Below are positions 31,725 to 45,509 of a stretch of DNA of 64,000 bases, piece by piece. The translations under genes were made by a program, and so were the position numbers. The stretch lies in contig MU053758.1 of assembly GCA_013239625.1 (NCBI GenBank), positions 3,411,854 through 3,475,853 on the forward strand, written 5' to 3'. The DNA is from Lama guanicoe (taxonomy: Eukaryota). Position 1 is the first letter of the stretch. Each line of letters starts with the position of its first letter. The notes beneath the pieces were generated by a model that made no database searches, was not told the DNA's origin, and saw nothing but the letters and a program-made list of their open reading frames with translations.

Positions 31725-34262
31725 TCAGACTATACTTCAAAGCTCTGATAATCAAAACAGTATGGCACTAGCACAAAAACAGATACATTGATCAATGGGA
31801 AAGAATGGAGAGCCCAGAAATAAATCCACACACTTATGGTCAATTAATCTACAACAAAAGAAACAAGAATGTACAGTGACGAAAAGACAGTCTTTTCCAT
31901 AAGTGGTGATGGGAAAACTGGACAGCTGCATGTAAAAGAATGACATTAGAACATTCTCTAACACTGTATATAAAAATAAACTCAAAATGAATTAAAGACC
32001 TAAATGTAAGACTGGAAACCATAAAATTCTTAGAAGAAAATATAGGCAAAACACTCTTTGACATAAATCATAGCAACTTTTTTTTTTGGGGGGGTCTGTC
32101 TCCTAAAACAAAGGAAATAAAGGCAAAAATAAACAAATGGGACTGAATTAAACTTTGCACAGCAAAGGGAATCGTCAACAAAACAAAAAAACAACTTACT
32201 GAGTGAGAAAACATTTGCAAATGATATGACCAATAAGGGGTTAATACCTAAAATATATAAATAGCTCATACAACTAAACATAAAGAAAAACTCAAACAAA
32301 CCAATAAAAAACGGGCAGAATACTTGGATAGACATGTTTCCAAAGAAGATATATAGAGGACCAAAACATGAAAGATGCTTAACATTGTTAATTAGAAATG
32401 CAAAGCAAAACCATTCTGAGAGATCACTTCACAACTGCTAGAATGGCTGTTATCAAAAAGACCACAAACAACATCTGTTGGCAAGGATGCAGAGAAAAGG
32501 GAACACTTGTACACTGTTGGTGGGAATGTAAATTGGTGCAGCCACTATGGAAAACAGTATGGAGGTTCCTCAAAAAACTAAAAATAAAGTGACCATATAA
32601 TCTGGTAACTCCACTCTTGGGTATACATTCAAAGAAAGTGAAAACATTAATTTGAAAAAATATATGCATTCCAATGTTCATAGTGATATTATTTACAATA
32701 GCCAAGATATAGAAGCAACCTAAGCGTCCATTGACAGATGAATGGATAAAGAAGATGTGGTGTGCTATGGAATGGGAGAAAACTTTTGCAAATGAAACCA
32801 ACAAAGGCTTGATCTCCAGAATATATAAGCAGCTCATACAACTTAATAAGAAAAACAAAGAACCCAATCCAAAAATGGGCAGAAGACCTAAACAAGCAAT
32901 TCTCCAAGGAAATAATTCAAATGATCAATATGCACATGAAAAAATGCTCAATATCACTAATTATCAGAGAAATGCAAATCAAAGCTATGATTAGGTATCA
33001 TCTCACATCGGTCAGAATGGCCATCATTCAAAAGTCCACAAATGACAAATGCTGGAGATGCTGTGGAGAAAAAGGGAACCCTCCTACACTGCTGGTGGGA
33101 ATGGAGGTTGGTGCAGCCACTGTGGAAAACAGTATGGAGATTCCTCAAAAGACTAGGAATAGACTTACCATATGATACAGGAATCCCACTCCTGGGCATA
33201 TATCCAGAAGAAACCCTACTTCAAAAAGACACCTGCACCCCAATGTTCATAGCAGCACTATTTACAATAGCCAAGACATGGAAACAGCTGAAATGTCCAT
33301 CAACAGATGACTGGATAAAGAAGAAGTGGTATTTTTATACAATGAATATATTCAGCCATAAAAACCGACAACATAATGCCATTTGCAGCAACATGGATGT
33401 CCCTGGAGAATGTCATTCTAAGTGAAGTAAGCCAGAAAGAGAAAGAAAAATACCATATGAGATCGCTCATATGCGGAACCTAAAAAAAAAAAAAGCATAA
33501 ATACAAAACAGAAACAGACTCATAGACATAGAATACAAACTTGTGGTTGCCAGAGGGGCCGGGGGTGGGAAGGGAATGAGATTTTAAAATGTAGAATAAA
33601 TAAACAAGATTGTACTGTGTAGCACAGGGAAATATATACAAGATCTTGTGGTAGCTCACAGCAAAAGAGAATGTGACAATGAATGTATGTATGTTCATGT
33701 ATAACTGAAAAATTGTGCTCTACACTGGAATTTGACACAACATTGTAAAATGACTTTAACTGAATAAAAAATATTTTTAAAAAAAGAAGATGTGGTGTGT
33801 ATGTATGTATGTATATATATATGGTGAAATACTATTCAGTCATAAAAAGAATGAGAGTTTGCCATTTGCAACAACATGGATGGACTTGGAGGGCATTATG
33901 CTAAGTGAAATAATTCAGACAAGAGAATGACAAATACTGTATGATCACTTCCATGTGGAATATAAAAAGTAAAACAAAATGGTGAATATAATGAAAAAGA
34001 AACAGACGCATAGATAAAGAGAACAAACTAGTGGTTACCAGTGAAAGGGAAGGGGGGAAGGACAAGGTAAGGCAGGGAATTGAGGTACAAACTACTACAT
34101 ATAAAAGAAATAGACTACAAGGATATATTGCACAGCACAGGGCGTATAGCCAGTATTTTATAATGACTATAGATGGAGTGTAACCTTTACAGATTGTGAA
34201 TTGCTATGTTGGACACCTGAAACTTATATAATCTTGTAAATCAACTTTACCTCAATAAAAAA
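31725..34262 (+). mobile_element. Older L1 3' portion (ORF2 C-terminus + 3'UTR) with nested younger L1
   Basis: ORF2 C-terminal motif [27 protein letters not shown] (32398-32592); 3'UTR ends cctcaataaaaa at ~34262. Confidence 0.88.
32765..33782 (+). mobile_element. Younger 5'-truncated L1 nested in older L1
   Basis: Perfect 17-bp TSD aaagaagatgtggtgtg at 32748-32764 and 33783-33799; ORF2 C-terminus [20 protein letters not shown]. Confidence 0.88.
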
Positions 34263-34733
34263 GGGGGAGAAAAGATCCTACAAAATGACCTGCTCAATTT
34301 TTCACTTTTGAACCTATCCCAAAGAGCCAGGATCTAATTTTTCAATGATTCCACCATGAGACCAGTCATTCTACTGGAGTAAATCTTGGGCCGTATTATG
34401 ACCTGTTGCTCAGGTTTAGGTAGGCATTCCACTTTCCCTAAGAAGAAACAATGGAATAAATAATCACAAAGCTAATATTTGCTAAGCCAGAATGAAGTTT
34501 ATTAATGACTCATCAAAATGGTTCTTTCTCAGAAAGCAGTGGAATACCCTAAAAGACAGAAAGAAGGAGGAAGAATTAAGAAATTGGACAAATACATGAA
34601 AACATCGCTCTGGCAGTTGGGATTGATTCAGCCTGATGTAGGTAGTCGTCGACGTGTAGTTGCGTGTGGAAGGCCAGAGGATGCATAAGACGTTGAGCAG
34701 CCCGTCACTGAACCAGGGCAAAGATGTGGCTGC

Positions 34734-35030
34734 TTAACAGCAGGGCTCGCAGGGACTTTCACAGCCAGGCTGAACGTAGGTCATCAGGTTGATCCCGCTC
34801 AGTCCGGGAGTCGGTTGGGAAGAGTTGAGCAGCCAGCAAGTTGGCACGTAGGTGTCAGGCTCACAGCAGGGTGGGGGACAGCAGTCGCAGCAGGTAGGCT
34901 GAAGGAGACTGATCTCGTGCGGGCAGGTGCTGGGCAGGCAGACTCCGCACTGACAGATTTTGTCATAGGAGCAGATGGTGGTGGCAGGGCCACTGCGGAC
35001 GCTGCAGGAGCAGGGTACATAGCAAGCCAT
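34734..35030 (-). CDS. KRTAP3-1: Keratin-associated protein 3-1, 98 aa
   Basis: [21 protein letters not shown]...[12 protein letters not shown]...[11 protein letters not shown]...[23 protein letters not shown] matches the KAP3-1 type; TATA at 35109-35115; AATAAA at 34498-34503. Confidence 0.9.
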   Translation of the reverse strand: MACYVPCSCSVRSGPATTICSYDKICQCGVCLPSTCPHEISLLQPTCCDCCPPPCCEPDTYVPTCWLLNSSQPTPGLSGINLMTYVQPGCESPCEPCC

Positions 35031-35575
35031 GGTGTCAGGAGCTGGGTTTTTGTTGGTTTGAGAAGAGCAGTCTCTTGGTCTCAATGCTTCTTTCTTCTCC
35101 CCTGGCTCTTATATACCCACCTCCCAGGGCGTCAGCCTATTACTAAGATTTTTTCCCCCATGTTTCAGTTTATAGCTGTCTCCATTAAAAAAACATCTAA
35201 TTACCCAAGTGTTTATTACTTAAGACACACTCCTTACCTCATAAAAGGGGCTTAGGTGGCTTTGTTGTCAAATTAGGACTCTTAACATTGGCTGTTTGTC
35301 ACTGCATGGACATTTCATTTCAGTCTTCAAAGGCACCAAGTCATTATCGTCTAATCATGACACATCATTAATAGCGGCCTGGTATGCTAGGTATCTGCAA
35401 ATCGTCCCCACATTTTCTGTCTGCTCTTCAGATGAAGACAGAACTAGGCTTTTTGATTGCTGTTCCACCAGCAACCGAAGATTCTGTGTGATGATTTAGG
35501 CCTTCTGGCTGAAAAAGGGATACAATTTCAAGATTTATTTCTCGTGGCTCCAAGAGACTGAATTAAGATGAACAG

Positions 35576-35992
35576 TATGTGGAATCAAAAAAAAAAAAGG
35601 AAGAAGAAGAAGAAAAAGAAAGAAAGAAAAGGAAAAGACAAATGAACATAAATACAAAACAGAAACAGACTCACAGACATAGAATACAAACTTGAGGTTG
35701 CCGGGGGGAGGGGAGTGGGAAGGGATAGACTGGGAGTTCGAAATTTGTAGATAATGACAGGTATATATGAAATAGACAAACAAAATTATGCTGTATATCA
35801 CAGGGAAATGTATACAAGATCTTGTGGTAGCTCACGGTGAAAAAGTATGTGACAATCAATATACATATGTTCATGTATAATTGAAAAATTGTGCTCTATA
35901 CTGGAAATTGACACAACATTGTAAACTGACTATAACTCAATAAAAATAAAATGAAATAAAAAAGAAACTGCAATTCAACAAAATAAAAAAAA
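35576..35992 (+). mobile_element. Young L1 3'UTR fragment ~460 bp upstream of the KRTAP3-1 TATA
   Basis: Same family 3'UTR; near-perfect TSD aagatgaacag (35565-35575) / aagatgagcag (35993-36003). Confidence 0.82.
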
Positions 35993-37549
35993 AAGATGAG
36001 CAGATGGAATCTACAGGGAAAGAGATCCTGGTTCTGTGTTAAGAAGCACTTTCTCTACAGAGCTGTAACAGATCATTTGTTCTCCATTTCCTTCCTTTGT
36101 GCTTTGAATGGTAACTTGTCAGGGGCACGGAGATGGAAGTTCAGACCTACATGGGTGACAGTGATGGATGCCCTTGACAACACCATCCAATCATGTTATA
36201 AATTAAGATACATATGACCCCCAAACTAGTTGTATTGGGCCATTTCGAGGCTAAACGGTAAAGGAGTTCCTAAAATGAGTTTCATGAACACCTGTTCCAA
36301 AGAACATTAGAGGGTTCTCTGGTAAATAAGTTTGGAAAATACTGAATTCTTCGTTGGTGGACCTTTCAGGACCTTTAATATGTTAAAGTGCTTTGTGACT
36401 TCTCAGTAAAGACATACAGCATGTATTTCTCTTCTACTTACTTGGAAGCATTCTTGTCTGTCAGTTTTCATAGGCTAGTGTTCTATGACGCACACTTGGT
36501 AAGCACTTGGTGACATTTAAACCACTAAAACCTTAATAATAAAATCACTTAAATAAGTAAAGGCATAAGACTTATGTTTTAGCATTACTTTAGGAAAAAT
36601 TTTAAAGTGGTAAACATTTAGAAATATATTACTTTGAAAATCTTTTTTTTAAATGTATATTTTCTTGGCCCATCTTCAGATAAAATGCCTCTGGCTGTAA
36701 AACTGAGTAGAAAATTGTACAACAGAGGAGTACAATACAGGATTGTACAATCGTACGATAGAGGAGTCAGAAGCCAAAAGAGATGCAAGTCAGCAAGGCG
36801 ATGGATCCAAAAGGTACTTAACATGAAAACTGCTTTCATTTTAGCCATGTTCTTACTAGAATGATTTTGGATCCCTCTGCTGGGATTAAAAGCTTATTAT
36901 CCACATCGCTTCAATAGATATCTCTTAGTTCAAACGCTCATTGGTTGAGCACCTGCTGTAAGTCAGGTATTATGCAGAAAAGGAGCAAATAGGATCTGTC
37001 TTTGAGGAGGTCATAGAGAAGAAGAGACACAGAGAAGTAAACTGGCAAAAATGCCAGACAACACAAGAATGCACATTTAGGTGTTCCAGGTCAGAACTGG
37101 GAGCTTAGAGGTAGGTGTCACTGACTTTTCCTGTAAGATCTGGGGAACAGTTGGGAACAAGGGGCCATTTGTGTGGATTTTGAAGTTCGCACAGGAGCTT
37201 AGCAGATAGAAGGGGATAGGAAGGAAATTTCAGCGAGTAAAGCAGAGAAACAACGTGCCATGGCATGTTCCTGGGATGGCAGAAAGTGTCCGTTGGTTAA
37301 AACTCAGAGTCTGGATCTCCTGTGGGGAGGCATGGGAAGAGAAGTAGGAGATCTGAAGCTGCAAGGGCGGGCTTGCACCACGACAGGAAGAATTTGCACT
37401 GTGCTTAAGTTCCTAAACTTAGGATTTTTAACTTCATCTGATTGGCAGTGGACGTTAATTAAAGGGTTTTGCACATACACATGACCTGACTGGGTTTGTG
37501 TTTTAGAAAGATGACTAGTTTTTGAGTGGAGGCTCATCAACATTGTCAT

Positions 37550-37770
37550 CATCACTTACTGCGTCCTAAGCCTTGTGCTGAGCACTTTAGATGTAGGATA
37601 CAATTCTCACCACAAGCTCTGACATGTGCGGTGTTACTATCCTTGCCATTTACAGATGAGGAACCTGAGGCGCAGAGAGGCTAAGTACCTAGTAAGTGAG
37701 GGAGTGATGGAGCTGGCCTTGGAAGCCAAGCAGTCTGTCTCCAGAGTCTGTGCTCTTAAGCACCGTGCCA
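37550..37770 (-). mobile_element. MIR SINE
   Basis: atttacagatgaggaacctgaggcgcagagaggctaagtacc...ccagagtctgtgctcttaa, reverse MIR core. Confidence 0.6.
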
Positions 37771-38469
37771 TATTCCCTCTCACTGTGGGTGTGGTGTTCT
37801 GACTAAAGTGAAGATGCCCCTCTGGGTTAGTTGCATGTAAGATGGGTGGGAGGGTGGGACCAGGTTATTGAAGATCTTGAGACCATAAAATTTCAGTGTT
37901 TATTTTCTTAACCAAAATACAATGCTGTGGAAAGGAGATAATTTGAAGGCAGGGGCCATGGTTGGGAAGCTACTTGGGTGTTCTGCAGGAGTGATGAGGA
38001 GGGCGTGATTTCTGTCTTAGAGGGCATCGTAGTTGAGTGGGAAGAAAGAAAAGTGACGTGTCTGGGATTTCTCATCACATCACTCAGTTTTCTGAGGATC
38101 GCTATCTGGATGGCACACCAGTTTCCACAATAAAACGAATATTCTTGTTCTTAAAATAACTGGAACATCTTAATCTTATCCTCCACTAATAGTTGGCATT
38201 TATTGAATGTATACCACTTGCCAAGCATAGTGCTAAGAATTTTATGCACATCTTCTTCCTTATTTCTTACACCCTTATAAGATCAGGGTGATTACTATAC
38301 CTATTTCTCAGATGATAAAACTGGGAGTAAGGATATTAAGTAATAATTTGAAGTCATAGAGCTAGTGAATGATGGCTTATCTAGCAGTAATGCCTCACAT
38401 TTATTAATTAAAATCAGTATTTTGTGGAATTAAATTTTATATAATTATAAATTATGTTCATTCTTTTTT

Positions 38470-39000
38470 TCTGTTTCTTAATTTGTTCAGCAAAATGCCT
38501 ACCACCATATTAGTTGCTAAGCATGTAGAAATAAACAGGTCAGATAAGGCTCTCATTGTCATGGTGTTCATTCTAGGGGGAAGACACACAATAAAAAAGT
38601 AAACAAATGAATAAATAAGAACTTCAGACTGTGACACGTGCCAGAAGGGAATACAACTGAGTAATATGCCAGAGCATGATTGGGAAGTGGGGCAGGGAGT
38701 GTTCCTGGTTTGGCTGGGGTGGTCAGGGACAGCCTTTGCCAGGTGGCTGAAGTAGAGAGAAAGAACAGTGAGGTAGGAGATGAAGTCAAGGAGGTAGGCA
38801 GTCCCAGGCCAGGTAGGACTTTGTCAGTTGTTCTGCAGAGTTTAGATTTTATTTTTAGGGCATTGAGGATCTACTGGATGATTTACAGCAGGAAATGATC
38901 AGATGTGAATTATGCTCTGTGGAAAATGAACAGCGGCAGGGCCAACATGGAAACAGACAGAGTAAGTAAGTGGTCCAGGTGAGAGGATGAATAGTGATAC
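38470..39000. mobile_element. L2 LINE relic
   Basis: ggctctcattgtcatggtgttcattctagggggaagacacacaataaa and later segments resemble the L2 3' region; highly degraded. Confidence 0.4.
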
Positions 39001-40347
39001 CAGTGGTTGGTGAATCGGTAGGAGGCAGTAGAGTTGGGAAGGCAGGTGCTGCTCAGGGATCAGGTTTAGGTCTCAGATTTTCTCCCAGGTGAGAGAGGGC
39101 CTGAGCCAAAAAGCTGGGAAAGGGGTCTCTGATGAGTTCAGTGTAGGACCTGTAGAGAATGAGCAGCCTAAAGCCCATGAGAGGGTGCAGGGCTGAAGAT
39201 TTGGGAGAATCAAACACAGATGAAAGATGTGCTTACTACCAACTTCCTGGACTGAGATAAAAGTTGGCTTTTATACGTGTTAGTCAGTTTATTGTGAGCC
39301 TGTATGAGCCTTACTGGCATTCACCTCCCAACAGCTCGGTGGATTTCTGGGTTGCTGTTGGGGAAACCCTTGCGTGACAGCACCTCCCACAGAAGCAGGG
39401 ATGTCAGTGTTGGGAGGTTTCACGCTTTGTGGCAACCCAGTTTTTGTTAAGCCTGAAGGAGTGCTTCACCCCTTCACAAAAGCAGGATATAGGAACCTTT
39501 CCAATTTGTCATCCTAATAAAAATGCCTGTAAGTAAAAACATTTGGTCTTTATTTCATGAACTGCAAGATCTTTTAAATTTCTGGGAACTCCTTTATGAT
39601 CTGGACTGGAAGAAAGAATGGCTGGTATCAGGACTGACAGTGACATCAGTCCTTTCACTGCAGAATGTCCACTTTGCTCTTTGATAAGCATGGAGATAAA
39701 GGATCCTGGGCGTGGGTTAAATGGTGGACTTTGGGAGCCTTTTCTAGTTGCATAAGAAGATTTTTTTCCCTAGTGTGTGGTTATAGTCAAGACTGGTATA
39801 GTCAAGACTTGGCTAGATTATGATCCTCCACTGATAATTACTCTAAAATTGGATTTCTTTCAAATGGAAATAATATTGCTTTGCCACTTGAGGACAGCTG
39901 ATATTGGCTACATTTGTGTAGGTGTATGTGGCCTAAAGGGGGTGGCTCTTCTGTCTCTGTCTCACGTGGACAGGTTATGTTCGCATTGCAACATGCTGGC
40001 GTTTCTCATAGCACTCAGTCACCCAGCACATGAAAGTCTGCTGCCTGAAGTGTTGCCTACTTCTCTTCAGAGTCTTCGGCTTTCAGTTTAATTCTCATGT
40101 ATTATTGTAAGCTATAAACTATGCAGCAAGTTACAGATTATACCCAGTTACATAAGGTCTAAATATATGTTTTAACTAACATTAACCTGATTAGGAAAAA
40201 GGATGTTCAGTGAAATTTGAATGCCTAATACATATCAGGCACTGGGAAAATGACATTTTTAGCTGTTTACTGTGGAAAATCTAATATTGCAATATTTAAA
40301 CTAATACATATTCTATAGTGTGTGTGGGCAAGGAGGTGATTGGGTTC

Positions 40348-40444
40348 ATTTGTTTATTTATTTTTAAGAGAGGTCCTGGGGGTTGAACCCAGGACCTTGT
40401 GCATGATAAGTAAGCACTCTACCACTGAGCTACACCCTCCCCCC
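40348..40444 (-). mobile_element. tRNA-derived SINE, Vic-1-like (camelid)
   Basis: Reverse complement gggggagggtgtagctcagtggtagagtgc...gcacaaggtcctgggttcaacccccagg + AAAT-rich tail: pol III A box (tagctcagtgg) and B box (ggttcaaccc). Confidence 0.8.
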
Positions 40445-40739
40445 ATAGTAATTTTTTAGTTTATCTTTGGAATTATTTGCCAATAATAATTGTATCTTAT
40501 AATTTTATTTTGCTTCAGAGATGTTTCCGTCCATTGGTTAGACAAATCTGATTACTAGATTGAATTAAGTAACCACTGGTTTTCCAAAGAGCTCCTGTAG
40601 TACTTGTTTTTTTTTAATTAAGAGGGTTAAATGTTTACGTATTTAAATATTAGCAGACATTATGACTTGAAAACATATTTTGAGTTGTTAGCTTAGTTTG
40701 CTAAGTATACAGCTGGTTATGTAATATCATCAAATCCTT

Positions 40740-40975
40740 ATATAGCATTTACTATGTAACAGATACAGTTCTAAGTGCTTTACATACATTATGACACTTA
40801 ATTCTTACAACAACCCTATGAGGTTGGTATTGAAGTTATCCTCTGTTTTATAGGTAAGGGAAACTGAGACCTAGGGAAGCGAAATACATTGCCTAAGGTC
40901 AGTAGGTGGTAAATAGTGGAATTGGGCTCTGAACCAAAGCTGTGTGGCTCCCAGGTCTGTATTCTTAACATTTTA
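40740..40975 (-). mobile_element. MIR SINE
   Basis: gttctaagtgctttacatacatt...acaaccctatgaggttggtatt...ggaaactgagacc, reverse MIR. Confidence 0.65.
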
Positions 40976-43087
40976 CACCAACCCATCATCTCTCCATTAT
41001 TGACGATTATATTTTTCAAGATAACATATATAATTCAGTTTATTTCAACTAATCGTTGTCGAGCACCAGCTCTTTGCCTTGCACTGTGCTAGGAGATTTA
41101 GAGCATTCAACAATGAGCAGGACACAGGTTTGCTCTCAAGAGTTTTAGATTCTACAGGGTTCATTGGACACACAGGACTCGAACACAAGGCAGAGGAGTC
41201 AGTCCCGCTGTAGTGAATAAGATTTGTCTAATCAGTGCACAATGCAGTAAATGCACAGCAGTGGAAAAGAACAAATTGTCATTAGGGAGCGGTGAGCAGT
41301 GCTCTAAACTTCTGTCATCTTTGACTCTTCTCAAACTTCCTCATGCTTCCAGGCCTCAGTTGCCCTGAAAATCCTGAGTTCCTTCACTCCTTCAGCCCAA
41401 AATATTACAAACCTGCTAGGATCTTTTTTCCTGGGTATATTGGGTCTTATCTTTTAAACAAATGAGTACCATCCTACATATAACATAATTGCATTACTTT
41501 ATTCTGGCAACATTCAGACCAGGATTCTTCTGATCCTTTGGGGAAAAGATTTAGTTTGTCTCTTCTACCTAAAATAAATAGTATGTTAAAAAGTTGAGAG
41601 GCCAAAAGTCTTGAAATTTTGTGTTTTAAAAGTTAGTCTTTTAAAAGCCAGATATTTTTATTTTCAGATCATTTAGTTTATCAATTCTGTTTCTCTGTCT
41701 CATATTTGTAGTGTAGGAATAAATAAGAAAAAAAAATGTACCAGAAATGAAAAGATCCAATATAGACTGATACTTGGTGCATTGGATTAGTCTCTTTCAA
41801 TCTCACAAAAACAATTTTACTTAATACTCAAATCCCCAGTCTTATCCAAATTCCAAAGCTTCAGTTGATATGATGATTCAACATTTGCTCCCTTGAAGTT
41901 TCTCAAAATCCCTTTGTGTCCTTGCTTTTAAAACTTTTGCCTATTGGCATTTAATAGAATAATCATGATGGAAAGCAGGTTTCTTAGGTCAGTGTTATGG
42001 TTTGGTGGATAGATCAGTAATTAACAAAGGGCACAGCCCACTTTATATGAAAAGTTTTTAATAGAAATTGCAGAACTTACTTAACTACGAGCTAAATGGT
42101 GTTAAGTAATCTTTCTAGTTCCTCAACTAGATTATATCAGGCCTACAGTGTTGTAATTCTCTGCCTGCCACCTCCAAAGCTGAGAGACTACTTTTTTCCA
42201 TAATCGTCTACAATGATTAAACAAAGGGAGTAAGTGAAAAATCTGAACAAATGATTCACTAAATAATCTGAAATTTCAAAGGCATTGCAAGTATAACAGA
42301 GTTCAGTCTGGAGACAAGAACCACACTTATTATTTGAATTAGGTGAATTTTATATGAAGAATTTTAAGCTATGTTTTTAGGTAACTAAAAGTATAAAAAG
42401 GGGACGCTGAGATGTTACAAATGTAGGAAATGCAGAAAGCCCTAGGAGTGATGCTTCCTTTAAAGGGAAAAGGGAAGGACTTAAAACAGACATTTAGAGA
42501 AGGGGTTGCCCTGTAGCGCTGAAATTCAGGCATTTCAGAAATGACTGGCCGGTGCTGGTGATTCTGAGGAGGGCGCAATGAAGCTGGTTCTATAAGTGTT
42601 GAGAAAACTGCAAACTGCATTTAGATGCTGCTATGGAAAGCGTCTGTAGCTACTGGAGTGTTACTGGGGTGATAATCCCGAGAACCACTACATACAGGAA
42701 GCCCCAGTTAAGCAGCAGGAAGCAAAAAGGAATGAACAGTCCCTTCCTCCTCCAGCCTTGCAGTTTTCCTCTGTCCCCCTCTGGTGGCAAAGCCACATGT
42801 GGAGCAGCTTTAACTATAAGGAATTTTGCAGAGCATCATCACAGCATCACAGAGCTGAGTGCAGAAAGGAGGATGTGAAGCTGAGAGACAGTAACTTAAC
42901 AGCTGGCACAGAGAAGCCCACAGCTTCCGAAATAGCCACCTTTAAATCCCCTGAATCTTTCCACACCATTCTTTACTTCCAGTTTCTTAATTTCATGGTT
43001 TCTTCGTGAGTTTTAGAGTCAGAGTTGTGTTTGTATTTCACTTTTTATGTATGACTATAAACAAGCTATTTAACCTCATTTGTTTAT

Positions 43088-45335
43088 TTTATAAATACCA
43101 ATTTATTGAGATATGATTGACATACAAAAAGCTGTACATACTTAATATATATAACTTGATGACTTTGGAGATAAGTATACACCCATTACCACAATCAAAG
43201 CCATAAATATACCTGTTATTCCCAAAAGTTTCCTCCTGTCCTCTTTTGTGTGTGTGTGTGTGTGATAAGAACACTATCTATCCTTTCAGTAAAGCTTTTA
43301 GTATACAGTATTGTTAACTATAGACACTATGATGTACAGCAGTTCTCTAAGACTTATTCATCTTGCATAACTGAAACTTTATACTCTTTGACCATCACCT
43401 CCCCACTTCCCTTACCCACCAGCCCCTGGTAACCACTATTTGACTCTGCTTCTGTGAGTTTTAGATTCATCATATATATGGGATCATCTAGTATTTGCTC
43501 CTCTGTATCTGACTTATATAACTTATCATAATGTCCTTCAGGTCCATCCATGTTGTTACAAATGACATAATTTCCTTCTTTTTAAAGGCTAAATAATACT
43601 CCACTGTATGTAAATGGCACATTTCCTTTCTCTATCATCTGTTGGTGGACATTTGGGTTGTTTACATGTCTTGGACATTGTGAATAATGCTGCAGTGAAC
43701 ATGGGAGTGCAAATCTCTTTGAGATCCTAAACAATATGCTACTAAAAAAACCAATGGGTCATTGAAAATATCAAAGAGGAGAAAAAAAAAACACCTGGAG
43801 GAAAATGAACATGGAAACACAATGATCTAAAATCTATGGGTTGCAGCAAAAGCAGTTCTAAGAGGAAAGTTTATAGTGATAAAAGCCTACCTCAGGGAAA
43901 AAGAAAAACCTCAAATAAACAACCTACACTTATGCCTAAAGGAACCATAAAAAAGGAGAACAAGCAAAACCTACATCACAAGTGAATTTTACCAAACATC
44001 TAAAGAAGAGTTAACACTTATCCTTCTCAAACTATTCTAAAAAGTTGCAGAGAGGAATGCTGCTGAACTCATTGTACAAGGCCATCATTACTCTCATACC
44101 AAAAACCAGACAAAGATACCAAAAAAAAAAAAAAAAGAAAATTATAGGCCAATGGCACTGATGGATATAGATGCAAAGATCTTCAACAAAATACAAGCAA
44201 ACTGAATTCAACAATACATTAAAGAACCATATACCATGATACAGTGAGATTTATCCCAGGGATGTAAGGATAGTTTAATATCTGCAAATCAGTCAACATG
44301 ATACACCACAGTAACAAATTGAAGAAAAAAAATATGATCATCTCAATAAATGCAGAAAAAGATTTTGACAAAATTCAACTTATGACAAAATCTCTCAACA
44401 AAGTGAGTATAGAGGGAACGTAACTCACCACAATACAGGCCATATGTGACAAACCTACAGCCAACATCACACTCAACCAGGAAAAGTTGAAAGCATTTCC
44501 TTTAAGAGCAGTAACAAGACCATTATGCCTACTCTTGCCACTTTTATTCAACTATTGGAAGCCCTAGCACAGTAATCAGACAAGAAAAAGAAATAAAAGC
44601 CATGCAAATTGGAAGGGAAGAAGTAAAAGTGTCACCATTCGCAGATGACATGATACTATACATAGAACACCCTGAAGACTCCACCAAAAATCTATCAGAA
44701 CTAATAAATGAATTAAATAAATTTATAGGATACAACATTAATATACATAAATCTGTAGCATTTTTATACACTAATAATGATCTGCCAGAAAGAGAAATTA
44801 AGAAAATCCCATTTGTAAGTGTAGCAAAAATAATAAAATACCTAGGAACATTTTTAACCAGGAAGTGAAAGACCTGTACTCTGAAAACTATAGAACATTA
44901 ATGACAGAAATTGAAGGTGACACAAGTAAAAAATATTCTGTATTTATGGATTGGAAGAATTAATGTTTATTTAGCCACACTATCCAAAGTGATCTACAGA
45001 TCCAATACAATCTCTATCGGAATACAATGGCATTTTTCACAGAACTAGAACAAATAAAATTTTGTATGGAACCACAAAAGATCCCAAATATCCAAAGCAA
45101 TCTGGAGAAAGCAAACCAAAGCTGGAGGTATGATGCTCCCTGACTTCAGACTATACTACAAACCTAGAGTAATCAAAACAGCATAGTTCTGGCACAAAAA
45201 CAGACACACAGATCAATGGAACAGAATAAAGAAAGAGGCCATAAAGAAACTCACCTATGGTCAATTAATCTATGACAAAGGAAGCAAAAATATGCAATGG
45301 AGAAAAGACAGTGTCTTCAATAAGTGGTGCTGTAA
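43088..45335. mobile_element. L1 composite: minus-strand 3' end (~43088-43728) abutting plus-strand ORF2 fragment (~43729-45335)
   Basis: Minus 3'UTR with T-rich tail at left; plus strand RT motif [16 protein letters not shown] (44602-44868). Confidence 0.82.
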
Positions 45336-45509
45336 AACTGTCACTGGAGCAACAAGATGTCTTCCAAAGTGTCTATCATTTTGCTTTCCCAACAGCCATG
45401 AGTAAGTGTTTCTGTTGCTCCATGTACATTTCACCAGTATTTGGTGGTGCTGTTGCTTTGAATTATATCCATTCCAACAGATATGTAGGTTGGGCTATTT
45501 ATTTACTTA

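Noticed and set aside
39782..39810. Short tandem duplication tatagtcaagact x2 (and a similar small repeat at ~36713-36768)
   Set aside because: Ordinary local slippage duplications with no further structure.
40370..40444. Possible tRNA gene
   Set aside because: Decayed stems and an AAAT-rich tail indicate a tRNA-derived SINE.
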